Source of the DNA: the human T2T-CHM13v2.0 reference genome, Homo sapiens
NCBI RefSeq assembly: GCF_009914755.1
Contig: NC_060948.1
Direction: 5' to 3' (one strand)
DNA: 64,000 nt
This document shows positions 1-17,013 of this stretch, piece after piece; the first letter of the stretch is position 1; each line of letters starts with the position of its first letter. The notes beneath the pieces were generated by a model. It was not told the origin of the DNA. It saw only the letters and a program-made list of their open reading frames with translations, and made no database searches. The translations under genes were made by a program, and so were the position numbers.

Positions 1-3000
1 GGAATGTATTAGAATGTAATGAACTTTAATGGAATGTACTCGAATGGAATCGACTGGAATGGAATGTTCTGGAAGTGAATGGACTCCAATGGAATGGATT
101 CAAAAGGAATGGAATCGTACGGAATGGAATCTAATGGAATGGAATTAAATGGAAATGAATCAAACTGAATAGAACGGAATTGAATTGAATGGAATCGAAT
201 GCAATGGAATCTAATGAAACGGAAAGGAAAGGAATGGAATGGAATGGAATGGGCTGGAATGGAAAGGAATCGAAACGAATGGAATGGAATCGAACTGAAG
301 AGACTGGAATGGAATGCACTGGATGGAAGGGAGTGTAATGGAAGGTTCTCGAAAAAAATGGAATCGAATGGAATGGAATTGAATGGAACGGAATAGAGTC
401 GAATGGAATTGAATGGAATGGAATGGACTAGAGTGAAATGGAATCGAACCACAAGGAATGGACAGGAATAGAACGGTCTCGAATTGAATGGAATCGTATG
501 GAATGGCATCAAACGGAATGGAATGGACAGCCACGGAATGGAATGCACTCGAATGCAATGGAGTCGAAACTAATGGACTGGAATAGAATGGACTCGACTG
601 GTACGGACTCCAATGGAATGGAATCGAATGGAAGGGAATCGAACGGAATGGACTCGAAGGGAAAAGACTGCAATGGAAAGGTCTCGAATGGAATGGAAAT
701 TAATGGAATGGAATGGAATCGAATGAAATGGAGTCAAAAGGAATGGAATCGAATGGCAAGAAAACGAATGTAATGGAATCGCAAGGAATTGATGTGAACG
801 GAACGGAATGGAATGGAATCCAAAGGAATGGAATAGAATGGAATGGAATCGAATGGAAAGGACTCGAATGGAAATCACTCGAATAGAATGCAATTTAATA
901 AAATAGGACCAAATGTAATGGAATGGAATGGAAAGGAATCGAAACGAAAGGAATGGAGACAGATGGAATGGAATGGAACAGAGAGCAATGGTATAGAATG
1001 GAATGGAATCATCTGGAATGGAATTGAATGGAATGGAATAACATGAAATGGACTGGAATGGAATGGAATGCCCTTGAATTAAATGGACTGGAATGGAATG
1101 GACTCGAACAGAGTGGAATGGAAAGTGTTGAAATAGAATGGAATGGACTGGTTTGGAATGGTCTAGTATGCAATGCAATCGACTGGCAGGGAATCAAAAG
1201 GAATGTAATCGAATGGATTGGACTGGAATGCAATGGACTCGAATAGATTGGAAACGGAATGCAAAGGAATGGAATGGAATAGTATGGAATGGAATGGAAA
1301 GGAATGGAGTGGAATAGACTAGAGTGGAATGGAATGGACTCGAAAGCAATGGACTGGAATGGAACTTTCTTGAATGGACTGGAATCAAACGGAATGGAAT
1401 GCAATGCAATCAAATGGCATGGAATAAAATAGAATGAAAGAGAATCAAATGGAATTGAATCGAATGGAATCGAATGGATTGGAAAGGAATAGAATGGAAT
1501 GGAATGGAATTGACTCAAATGGAATGGACTAGAATGGAATGGATTCGAATGGAAGGCAAAGGAATGGAATCTATTGGAATGGACTGTAATGGAATGCAAT
1601 GGAAGGGATTGGAATGGACTCGAATGGAATGGACTGCAATAGAAAGGATTCGAATGGAATGAAAAAGAATTGAATGGAATAGAACAGAATGGAATCAAAT
1701 CGAATGAAATGGAATGGAATAGAAAGGAATGGAATGAAATGGAATGGAAAGGATTCGAATGGAATGCAATCGAATGGAATGTAATCGAACGCAATGGAAT
1801 AAAATGGAAGAAAACTGGCAAGAAATGGAATCGAAATGAATGGAGTGTTATGGAACGGACTCAAAAGGAATTGAATGTAATAGAATGGAGTGGAGTGGAC
1901 TCGAATATAATGGACTGGAATGGAATGAAATCACATGGAATGGGAACGAATGGAATGGAATGGAAAGGAATGGAATCGAATGGAAAGGAATCGAATGGAA
2001 GGGAATGAAATTGAATCAACAGGAATGGAAGGGAATAGAATAGACGGTAATGGAATGGACTCGAATAGAATGGACACAAATGCTCAAATTGAATGGACTC
2101 GAATGGAATGGAAACGAAAGGAATGTCATCGAATGGAATTGAATCGATTGGAATGAAATAGCATAGAATGGAGTGGAATCAAATGGAATTGAATCGAAAG
2201 GAAAGGAAGCGAATGGACTGAAATGAAATGGAATGGAATTGAATGGAAAGTTATGTAATGGAATAGAATGGAACGAAATTTCACAGGATGCAATCAAACT
2301 GAATGGAATCAAATCAATGGAATCAAATCAAATGGAATGGAAAGGAATTGAATGGAGTAGATTGGATTGGATGGGATTGGAATGAAATGTACTGGAAAGG
2401 ACTCGAATTTCATGAAACGGAATGGAATGAATTGGAACGGAACGGACTCGAATGGAATGGAATGTCATGGAATGGCATCAAATGGAATGGCATCAAATGG
2501 AATGGAATCGAATGCAATGGAGTGCTATGGAATGGAATGGAATGCATTGGAATGGAATGTCCTCTAATGGAATGGATTCGAGTGGAATGGAATCGAATAT
2601 AATGGAGTCGAATGAAATGGAATTGAAAGGAATGGGATCGAATACAATGGAATATACTGGAATGTAATGTAATGAACTCGAATGTAATTGACTGGAATGG
2701 AATGTATATGAATGGAATGTAATTGAATGGAAAGTAATCCAATGGAATAGAATCTAATGCAATAAAATCGACTCAGATAGAGTAGAATGTAATGGAATGG
2801 AGTGCAGTGAAATGGAATGGAATGGAATGGAATGCAATGGAATGGAATGGAATGGAATGGAATGGGATGGAATGGTGTGGAATGGATAGTAATGGACTGG
2901 AGTGAAATGGACTGGAAAGGAATGGACTCAAATTGAAAGGGCTCGAAAGGAATGGAGTCAAATGGAATGGTCTGGAATGGAATGAACACGAATGTAATGC

Positions 3001-3543
3001 AATCCAATAGAATGGAATCGAATGGCATGGAATATAAAGAAATGGAATCGAAGAGAATGGAAACAAATGGAATGGAATTGAATGGAATGGAATTGAATGG
3101 AATGGGAACGAATGGAGTGAAATTGTATGCAGTAGAAGAGAATAGAATGGAATGCAAGCGAAAGGAAAGGAATGGATTGGAATGGAATGGAATTCCTTGG
3201 AATGGAAGGGAATGTAGTGTAATGGACAGGCCTGGAATAAAGTGGAATGCTACGGTCTCGAATGGAATAAAAATGTATGGAATGGAATGCAATGAAACGG
3301 AATCGAATGTCATAGAATGAAATGGAATGCAAAAAAATGGAATCCAAAATCATTGACTGGAAAGGCTGGGTGTCGAAAGGAATTGACTCCAATGGAATGG
3401 AATCGAATGGAATGGAAGTGAATAGAATCGAACTAAATCGAATGGAATGGAATTGATAGGAACGGAATGGAAAGGAATGCAATGATTTGGCATGGAATGC
3501 AATCGAATGGCATCGAATGGAATGGAATGGAATGCAATGGAAT
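1..3543 (+). repeat. DYZ1-like unit, complete (phase set arbitrarily at window start)
   Basis: GGAATGTATTAGAATGTAATGAACTTT at 1 and again at 3544. A 1 bp deletion near 323 (GGATGG vs GGAATGG) shifts the offset from 3543 to 3544. Confidence 0.92.
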
Positions 3544-6298
3544 GGAATGTATTAGAATGTAATGAACTTTAATGGAATGTACTCGAATGGATTCGACTGG
3601 AATGGAATGTTCTGGAAGTGAATGGACTCCAATGGAATGGATTCAAAAGGAATGGAATCGTACGGAATGGAATCTAATGGAATGGAATTAAATGGAAATG
3701 AATCAAATTGAATAGCACGGAATTGAATTGAATGGAATCGAATGCAATGGAATCTAATGAAACGGAAAGGAAAGGAATGGAATGGAATGGAATGGGCTGG
3801 AATGGAAAGGAATCGAAACGAATGGAATGGAATCGAACTGAAGAGACTGGAATGGAATGCACTGGAATGGAAGGGAGTGTAATGGAAGGTTCTCGAAAAA
3901 AATGGAATCGAATGGAATGGAATTGAATGGAACGGAATAGAGTCGAATGGAATTGAATGGAATGGAATGGACTAGAGTGAAATGGAATCGAACCACAAGG
4001 AATGGACAGGAATAGAATGGTCTCGAATTGAATGGAATCGTATGGAATGGCATCAAACGGAATGGAATGGACAGCCACGGAATGGAATGCACTCGAATGC
4101 AATGGAGTCGAAACTAATGGACTGGAATAGAATGGACTCGACTGGTACGGACTCCAATGGAATGGAATCGAATGGAAGGGAATCGAACGGAATGGACTCG
4201 AAGGGAAAAGACTGCAATGGAAAGGTCTCGAATGGAATGGAAATTAATGGAATGGAATGGAATCGAATGAAATGGAGTCAAAAGGAATGGAATCGAATGG
4301 CAAGAAATCGAATGTAATGGAATCGCAAGGAATTGATGTGAACGGAACGGAATGGAATGGAATCCAAAGGAATGGAATAGAATGGAATGGAATCGAATGG
4401 AAAGGACTCGAATGGAAATCACTCGAATAGAATGCAATTTAATAAAATAGGATCAAATGTAATGGAATGGAATGGAAAGGAATCGAAACGAAAGGAATGG
4501 AGACAGATGGAATGGAATGGAACAGAGAGCAATGGTATAGAATGGAATGGAATCATCTGGAATGGAATTGAATGGAATGGAATAACATGAAATGGACTGG
4601 AATGGAATGGAATGCCCTTGAATTAAATGGACTGGAATGGAATGGACTCGAACAGAGTGGAATGGAAAGTGTTGAAATAGAATGGAATGGACTGGTTTGG
4701 AATGGTCTAGTATGCAATGCAATCGACTGGCAGGGAATCAAAAGGAATGTAATCGAATGGATTGGACTGGAATGCAATGGACTCGAATAGATTGGAAACG
4801 GAATGCAAAGGAATGGAATGGAATAGTATGGAATGGAATGGAAAGGAATGGAGTGGAATAGACTAGAGTGGAATGGAATGGACTCGAAAGCAATGGACTG
4901 GAATGGAACTTTCTTGAATGGACTGGAATCAAACGGAATGGAATGCAATGCAATCAAATGGCATGGAATAAAATAGAATGAAAGAGAATGAAATGGAATT
5001 GAATCGAATGGAATCGAATGGATTGGAAAGGAATAGAATGGAATGGAATGGAATTGACTCAAATGGAATGGACTAGAATGGAATGGATTCGAATGGAAGG
5101 CAAAGGAATGGAATCTATTGGAATGGACTGTAATGGAATGGAATGGAAGGGATTGGAATGGACTCGAATGGAATGGACTGCAATAGAAAGGATTCGAATG
5201 GAATGAAAAAGAATTGAATGGAATAGAACAGAATGGAATCAAATCGAATGAAATGGAATGGAATAGAAAGGAATGGAATGAAATGGAATGGAAAGGATTC
5301 GAATGGAATGCAATCGAATGGAATGTAATCGAACGCAATGGAATAAAATGGAAGAAAACTGGCAAGAAATGGAATCGAAATGAATGGAGTGTTATGGAAC
5401 GGACTCAAAAGGAATTGAATGTAATAGAATGGAGTGGAGTGGACTCGAATATAATGGACTGGAATGGAATGAAATCACATGGAATGGGAACGAATGGAAT
5501 GGAATGGAAAGGAATGGAATCGAATGGAAAGGAATCGAATGGAAGGGAATGAAATTGAATCAACAGGAATGGAAGGGAATAGAATAGACGGTAATGGAAT
5601 GGACTCGAATAGAATGGACACGAATGCTCAAATTGAATGGACTCGAATGGAATGGAAACGAAAGGAATGTCATCGAATGGAATTGAATCGATTGGAATGA
5701 AATCGCATAGAATGGAGTGGAATCAAATGGAATTGAATCGAAAGGAAAGGAAGCGAATGGACTGAAATGAAATGGAATGGAATTGAATGGAAAGTAATGC
5801 AATGGAATAGAATGGAACGAAATTTCACGGAATGGAATCAAACTGAATGGAATCAAATCAATGGAATCAAATCAAATGGAATGGAAAGGAATTGAATGGA
5901 GTAGATTGGATTGGATGGGATTGGAATGAAATGTACTGGAAAGGACTCGAATTTCATGAAACGGAATGGAATGAATTGGAACGGAATGGACTCGAATGGA
6001 ATGGAATGTCATGGAATGGCATCAAATGGAATGGCATCAAATGGAATGGAATCGAATGCAATGGAATGCTATGGAATGGAATGGAATGCATTGGAATGGA
6101 ATGTCCTCTAATGGAATGGATTCGAGTGGAATGGAATCGAATATAATGGAGTCGAATGAAATGGAATTGAAAGGAATGGGATCGAATACAATGGAATATA
6201 CTGGAATGTAATGTAATGAACTCGAATGTATTTGACTGGAATGGAATGTACATGAATGGAATGTAATCGAATGGAAAGTAATCCAATGGAATAGAATC
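3544..6298 (+). repeat. DYZ1-like unit, truncated at the array boundary
   Basis: Colinear with 1-2754 (about 20 differences by eye). Stops at ...ATCCAATGGAATAGAATC, where copy 1 continues TAATGCAATAAAATCG. Confidence 0.92.
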
Positions 6299-7340
<1,042 letters not shown>

Positions 7341-7915
7341 AGATCCATATTTTTTAAATGAAAAAAAATTTCAAAGGTACTCTGCTTGGTACAATAATCA
7401 AATGTATAAACTGAGGAATAAAACATAACCATGAAACCTATTTATAACTGCATATGGAAAATACAGAGGATAATTTTTTAAATAACATATTGTTAAAGCC
7501 TTAACTAGTAATTTGAAGAGTTGGCATTTGAAAGGCCAGTATGAATATACCTTCACAGCAGCAACACAGGTTCCCCATGAGAAAAAGCAAACTCAGGGAA
7601 AATAAAACCACAAAGGTTCAATCTCTTCTGACCTTTGAAAGACACAGCACAGACAGTGGTCCTTAGGACGAAGAGTAGGAGACCCCTAATTCCGTCACCA
7701 TGGCGATAGGGCATAAACATTGCTGGCTGAGGGCACAATCCACATTGTGAGGTCCAACTGCTGCCAGGAAGACAGGAGTGCTTTTACATAGACCGAAAGG
7801 TCATTGAAGGCTCAGAGTTTTGTTTCAAGAACTGAATCCCAAGCCCACACGTTATTAGGCTGCGCTTCTTAAAACAAGTTATGAGATGGGAAAAAGGGCA
7901 CCCACAAACATACGT
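7341..7915. repeat. HSATI-like segment of DYZ2 (representative copy; follows each of the 24 Alus)
   Basis: Complex, mixed-composition ~575 bp segment between the Alu 5' end and the AT-rich block, near-identical in all units. The name is inferred from the known DYZ2 composition; boundaries are approximate. Confidence 0.75.
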
Positions 7916-9468
7916 ATACATTATGTATATAATAATATACAGTATCATATATATAATATATATAACCTATGTATAATATTGTTTTACATCCTGCATCTTA
8001 TGTTATATATATTGTATAAAATATAATAATTGATAATATATAAGTTTTATATCTATACAATATGACATATAGTATATATTATAATTTATGACATATATAA
8101 TATATGTTATATATCATATATAGAATATATTATACGGTTAATATACGTATTAAATATAAATTATACATTATATATATTATATATAATATATCTGTTATAT
8201 ATAATACCCATTATGCATAATATATATATTATGTCTATGTTATATATAGTATAAAACAACATATAATAATATATAATTGTATATATAAAATGCGACATAA
8301 TATATATATTATATTTTATAACATATGTAATATATATTATATATTATATATAATACGTTGTATGTATAATACCTATATTAAATATATATTATATGACTAT
8401 GTTATTAATTACATGTCACATGTGTTATATATTATATATTTTACATAGAATATACCGGTTACATACAATATATACTATGTTACCTATTATGTATAATTTA
8501 TTACATGTAAAATAAAGAATGCAATATATTATGTATAATTTATAATATACAATATGTGGAATGAGATATATATAACATATAATATATGATATATGATATA
8601 CAGTATATGATATTTAACATACAATATATGATTCCTAATATATATGGTATACAATATATATTTTATGATATGTATTCTATATGTTTTATATTCTGTTATA
8701 TATAACTATTTGAAATTATATATAACTGTATAATATTTTATGTAAATATGTAATATAATATATATAACTATATAATATATTATATATAACTATATATTAT
8801 GTTATATACACTTTTATAACATAATTTACATAAAATATCATAATATAATATATATTATATTATTTCATATTACATAATATATATTACATATCACCCAATA
8901 TAACTAACATACATAATATTATAATATAGATTATATTATGTTATATGAAATATCATATATATCATGTATCATATATTCTATAATATATATTACACATTAT
9001 AAAATATGTATGTTGTCTATTATGTGATATATATAACTCTATATATAATTATATTATTATACATATAACTAGATAAACATGTAAGTCTACATATTTTCAT
9101 TTATAATATGTAGAATTATATAATCATATATAATTATTTATATTCTATAAAAAATTTTATCATTATATAAATTATAATATATAAAAATTATAATATGTAC
9201 TACAAATATATATATTATATATCATATATGATATAGTACCTTTGTTATATATCATAATACATATAAATGTGTATTATGTTATCTATAATTATATAATTTC
9301 ATATATAAGATGTATAATATGTATCATATATTATATATGTTATGTAATATACATAGTATATATAAGATGACACAGGATAAATATTATATACTATGACATA
9401 TAAAATATATCCGGTTATATGTTACATATAAGGCATAGCACATAACATGTAATATATATCATATATAA
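7916..9468. repeat. AT-rich low-complexity block of DYZ2 (representative full-length copy)
   Basis: ~1.55 kb of degenerate (TA)n/TATAA/TATGA motifs, copied almost base for base in every unit. Left boundary approximate. Confidence 0.88.
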
Positions 9469-9760
<292 letters not shown>

Positions 9761-11863
9761 AGATCCATATTTTTTAAATGAAAAAAAATTTCAAAGGTAC
9801 TCTGCTTGGTACAATAATCAAATGTATAAACTGAGGAATAAAACATAACCATGAAACCTACTTATAACTGCATATGGAAAATACAGAGGATAATTTTTTA
9901 AATAACATATTTTGAAAGCCTTAACTAGTAATTTGAAGAGCTGGCATTTGAAAGGCCAGTATGAATATACCTTCAAAGCAGCAACACAGGTTTCCCCAAG
10001 AGAAAAAGCAAACACAGGGAAAATAAAAACACAAAGGTTCAATCTCTTCTGACCTTTGAAAGACACAGCACAGACAGTGGTCCTTAGGACGAAGAGCAGG
10101 AGACCCCTAATTCCGTCACCATGGCGATAGGGCATAAACATTGCTGGGTGAGGGCACAATCCACATTGTGAGGTCCAACTGCTGCCAGGAAGACAGGAGT
10201 GCTTTTACATAGACCGAAAGGTCATTGAAGGCTCAGAATTTTGTTTCAAGAACTGAATCCCAAGCCCACACGTTATTAGGCTGCGCTTCTTAAAACAAGT
10301 TATGAGATGGGAAAAAGGGCACCCACAAACATACGTATACATTATGTATATAATAATATACAGTATCATATATATAATATATATAACCTATGTATAATAT
10401 TGTTTTACATCCTGCATCTTATGTTATATATATTGTATAAAATATAATAATTGATAATATATAAGTTTTATATTTATACAATATGACATATAGTATATAT
10501 TATAATTTATGACATATATAATATATGTTATATATCATATATAGAATATATTATACGGTTAATATACGTATTAAATATAAATTATACATTATATATATTA
10601 TATATAATATATCTGTTATATATAATACCCATTATGCATAATATATATATTATGTCTATGTTATATATAGTATAAAACAACATATAATAATATATAATTG
10701 TATATATAAAATGCGACATATAATATATATTATATTTTATAACATATGTAATATATATTATATATTATATATAATACGTTGTATGTATAATACCTATATT
10801 AAATATATATTATATGACTATGTTATTAATTACATGTCACATGTGTTATATATTATTTATTTTACACAGAATATACCGGTTATATACAATATATACTATG
10901 TTACCTACAATGTATAATTTATTACATGTAAAATAAAGAATGCAATATATTATGTATAATTTATAAAATACAATATGTGGAATGTGATATATATAACATA
11001 TAATATATGATATAGGATATACAGTATATGATATATAACTTACAATATATGATACCTAATATATATGGTATACAATATATATTTTATGACATGTATTCTC
11101 TATGTTTTATATTCTGTTATATATAACTATTTGAAATTATGTATAACTGTATAATATTTTATGTAAATATGTAATATAATATATATAAAAATATAATATA
11201 TTATATATAACTATATATTATGTTATATATAATTTTATAACATAATTTACATAAAATATCATAATATAATATATATTATATTATTTCATACTACATAATA
11301 TATATTACATATCTCCCAATATAAGTAACATATATAATATTATAATATAGATTATATTATGTTATATTAAATATCATATATATCATGTATCATATATTCT
11401 ATAATATATATTATACATTATATATGTGTGTTGTCTATTATGTGATATATATAACTATATATATAATTATATTATTATACATATAACTAGATAAACATGT
11501 AATTCTACATATTTTCATTTATAATATATAGAATTATATAATCATATATAATTATTTATATTCTATAAAAAATTATATCATTATATAAATTATAATATAT
11601 AAAAATTATAATATGTACTACAAATATATATATTATATATCATATATGATATAGTACCTTTGTTATATATCATAATACATATAAATGTGTATTATGTTAT
11701 CTATAATTATATAATTTCATATATAAGATGTATAATATGTATTATATATTATATATGTTATGTAATATATATAGTATATATAAGATGACACAGGATAAAT
11801 ATTATATACTATGACATATAAAATATATGAGGTTATATGTTACATATAAGGCATAGCACATAA

Positions 11864-12178
<315 letters not shown>

Positions 12179-14281
12179 AGATCCATATTTTTTAAATGAA
12201 AAAAAATTTCAAAGGTACTCTGCTTGGTACAATAATGAAATGTATAAACTGAGGAATAAAACATAACCATGAAACCTACTTATAAATGCATATGGAAAAT
12301 ACAGAGGATAATTTTTTAAATAACATATTTTGAAAGCCTTAACTAGTAATTTGAAGAGTTGGCATTTGAAAGGCCAGTATGAATATACCTTCAAAGCAGC
12401 AACACAGGTTCCCCATGAGAAAAAGCAAACTCAGGGAAAATAAAACCACAAAGGTTCAATCTCTTCTGACCTTTGAAAGACACAGCACAGACAGTGGTCC
12501 TTAGGACGAAGAGCAGGAGACCCCTAATTCCGTCACCATGGCGATAGGGCATAAACATTGCTGGGTGAGGGCACAATCCACATTGTGAGGTCCAACTGCT
12601 GCCAGGAAGACAGGAGTGCTTTTACATAGACCGAAAGGTCATTGAAGGCTCAGAGTTTTGTTTCAAGAACTGAATCCCAAGCCCACACGTTATTAGGCTG
12701 CGCTTCTTAAAACAAGTTATGAGATGGGAAAAAGGGCACCCACAAACATAGGTATACATTATGTATATAATAATATACAGTATCATATATATAATATATA
12801 TAACGTATGTATAATATTGTTTTACATCCTGCATCTTATGTTATATATATTGTATAAAATATAATAATTGATAATATATAAGTTTTATATTTATACAATA
12901 TGACATATAGTATATATTATAATTTATGACATATATAATATATGTTATATATCATATATAGAATATATTATACGGTTAATATACGTATTAAATATAAATT
13001 ATACATTATATATATTATATATATTATATCTGTTATATATAATACCCATTATGCATAATATATATATTATGTCTATGATATATATAGTACAAAACAACAT
13101 ATAATAATATATAATTGTATATATAAAATGCGACATATAATATATATTATATTTTATGACATATGTAATATATATTATATATTATATATAATGCGTTGTA
13201 TGTATAATACCTATATTAAATATACATTACATGACTATGTTATTAATTACATGTCACATGTGTTATATATTATTTATTTTACATAGAATATACCGGTTAC
13301 ATACAATATATAGTATGTTACCTATAATGTATAATTTATTACATGTAAAATAAAGAATGCAATATATTATGTATAATTTATAATATACAATATGTGGAAT
13401 GTGATATATATAACATATAATATATGATATATGATATAGAGTATATGATATATAACATACAATATATGATACCTAATATATATGATATACAATATATATT
13501 TTATGATATGTATTCTATATGTTATATATTCTGTTATATATAACTGTTTGAAATTATATATAACTGTATAATATTTTAGGTAAATATGTAATATAATATA
13601 TATAACTTTATAATATATTATATATAACTATATATTATGTTATATATACTTTTATAACATAATTTACATAAAATATCATAATATAATATATATTATATTA
13701 TTTCATATTACATAATATATATTACATATCACCCAATATAAGTAACATACATAATATTATAATATAGATTATATTATCTTATATTAAATATCATATATAT
13801 CATGTATCATATATTCTATAATATATATTATACATTATATAATATGTATGTTGTCTATTATGTGATATATATAACTATATATAATTATATTATTATACAT
13901 ATAACTAGATAAACATGTAATTCTACATATTTTCATTTATAATATATAGAATTATATAATCATATATAATTATTTATATTCTATAAAAAATTATATCATT
14001 ATATAAATTAGAATATATAAAAATTATAATATGTACTACAAACATATATATTATATATCATATATGATATAGTACCTTTGTTATATATCATAATACATAT
14101 AAATGTGTATTATGTTATCTATAATTATATAATTTCATATATAAGATGTATAATATGTATTATTTATTATATACGTTATGTAATATATATAGTATATATA
14201 AGCTGACACAGGATAAATATTATATACTATGACATATAAAATATATGAGGTTATATGTTACATATAAGGCATAGCATATAA

Positions 14282-14596
<315 letters not shown>

Positions 14597-16698
14597 AGAT
14601 CCATATTTTTTAAATGAAAAAAAATTTCAAAGGTACTCTGCTTGGTACAATAATGAAATGTATAAACTGAGGAATAAAACATAACCATGAAACCTACTTA
14701 TAAATGCATATGGAAAATACAGAGGATAATTTTTTAAATAACATATTTTGAAAGCCTTAACTAGTAATTTGAAGAGTTGGCATTTGAAAGGCCAGTATGA
14801 ATATACCTTCAAAGCAGCAACACAGGTTCCCCATGAGGAAAAGCAAACTCAGGGAAAATAAAACCACAAAGGTTCAATCTCTTCTGACCTTTGAAAGACA
14901 CAGCACAGACAGTGGTCCTTAGGACGAAGAGCAGGAGACCCCTAATTCCGTCACCATGGCGATAGGGCATAAACATTGCTGGGTGAGGGCACAATCCACA
15001 TTGTGAGGTCCAACTGCTGCCAGGAAGACAGGAGTGCTTTTACATAGACCGAAAGGTCATTGAAGGCTCAGAGTTTTGTTTCAAGAACTGAATCCCAAGC
15101 CCACACGTTATTAGGCTGCGCTTCTTAAAACAAGTTATGAGATGGGAAAAAGGGCACCCACAAACATACGTATACATTATGTATATAATAATATACAGTA
15201 TCATATATATAATATATATAACCTATGTATAATATTGTTTTACATCCTGCATCTTATGTTATATATATTGTATAAAATATAATAATTGATAATATATAAG
15301 TTTTATATTTATACAATATGACATATAGTATATATTATAATTTATGACATATATAATATATGTTATATATCATATATATAATATATTATACGGTTAATAT
15401 ACGTATTAAATATAAATTATACATTATATATATTATATATAATATATCTGTTATATATAATACCCATTATGCATAATATATATATTATGTCTATGATATA
15501 TATAGTATAAAACAACATATAATAATATATAATTGTATATATAAAATGCGACATATAATATATATTATATTTTATGACATATGTAATATATATTATATAT
15601 TATATATAATGCGTTGTATGTATAATACCTATATTAAATATACATTACATGACTATGTTATTAATTACATGTCACATGTGTTATATATTATTTATTTTAC
15701 ATAGAATATACCGGTTACATACAATATATAGTATGTTACCTATAATGTATAATTTATTACATGTAAAATAAAGAATGCAATATATTATGTATAATTTATA
15801 ATATACAATATGTGGAATGTGATATATATAACATATAATATATGATATATGATATAGAGTATATGATATATAACATACAATATATGATACCTAATATATA
15901 TGATATACAATATATATTTTATGATATGTATTCTATATGTTATATATTCTGTTATATATAACTGTTTGAAATTATATATAACTGTATAATATTTTAGGTA
16001 AATATGTAATATAATATATATAACTTTATAATATATTATATATAACTATATATTATGTTATATATACTTTTATAACATAATTTACATAAAATATCATAAT
16101 ATAATATATATTATATTATTTCATATTACATAATATATATTACATATCACCCAATATAAGTAACATACATATTATAATATAGATTATATTATCTTATATT
16201 AAATATCATATATATCATGTATCATATATTCTATAATATATATTATACATTATATAATATGTATGTTGTCTATTATGTGATATATATAACTATATATATA
16301 ATTATATTATTATACATATAACTAGATAAACATGTAATTCTACATATTTTCATTTATAATATATAGAATTATATAATCATATATAATTATTTATATTCTA
16401 TAAAAAATTATATCATTATATAAATTATAATATATAAAAATTATAATATGTACTACAAACATATATATTATATATCATATATGATATAGTAACTTTGTTA
16501 TATATCATAATACATATAAATGTGTATTATGTTATCTATAATTATATAATTTCATATATAAGATGTATATTATGTATTATTTATTATATACGTTATGTAA
16601 TATATATAGTATATATAAGCTGACAAAGGATAAATATTATATACTATGACATATAAAATATATGAGGTTATATGTTACATATAAGGCATAGCACATAA

Positions 16699-17013
<315 letters not shown>

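Larger units (their letters stand above)
1..6298 (+). repeat. DYZ1: HSat3 (GGAAT)n satellite array with ~3.54 kb higher-order unit; DYZ1-like (Yq12)
   Basis: Seen: diverged GGAAT pentamers throughout; sequence at 1 recurs at 3544, and ORF-track pairs are offset by 3544 (438/3982, 1009/4553, 2303/5847). One EcoRI site (3190-3195) and one HaeIII site (3229-3232) seen in the full unit. Established: DYZ1 is a ~3.5 kb HSat3 unit that alternates with DYZ2 on Yq12. Confidence 0.95.

Noticed and set aside
1-6298. HSF1 heat-shock elements or a SatIII ncRNA transcription unit
   Set aside because: HSat3 stress transcription is known in general, but nothing here defines a promoter or transcript boundaries, and the GAA motifs are mostly direct rather than inverted repeats.
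7553-7738. 61 aa minus-strand ORF (MCPHPAMFMPYRHGDG...) repeated in nearly all units, extended to 113 aa in copy 2
   Set aside because: It starts at a non-ATG codon, resembles no protein I recognise and is frameshifted in copy 2. Its conservation only reflects ~98-99% identity between units, and its variants often change amino acids.
7916-9468. TATA boxes, AATAAA signals and a possible long PATRR-type palindrome
   Set aside because: Such motifs are expected by chance at this AT content. I could see only short palindromes (about 14 bp or less), not a long inverted repeat.
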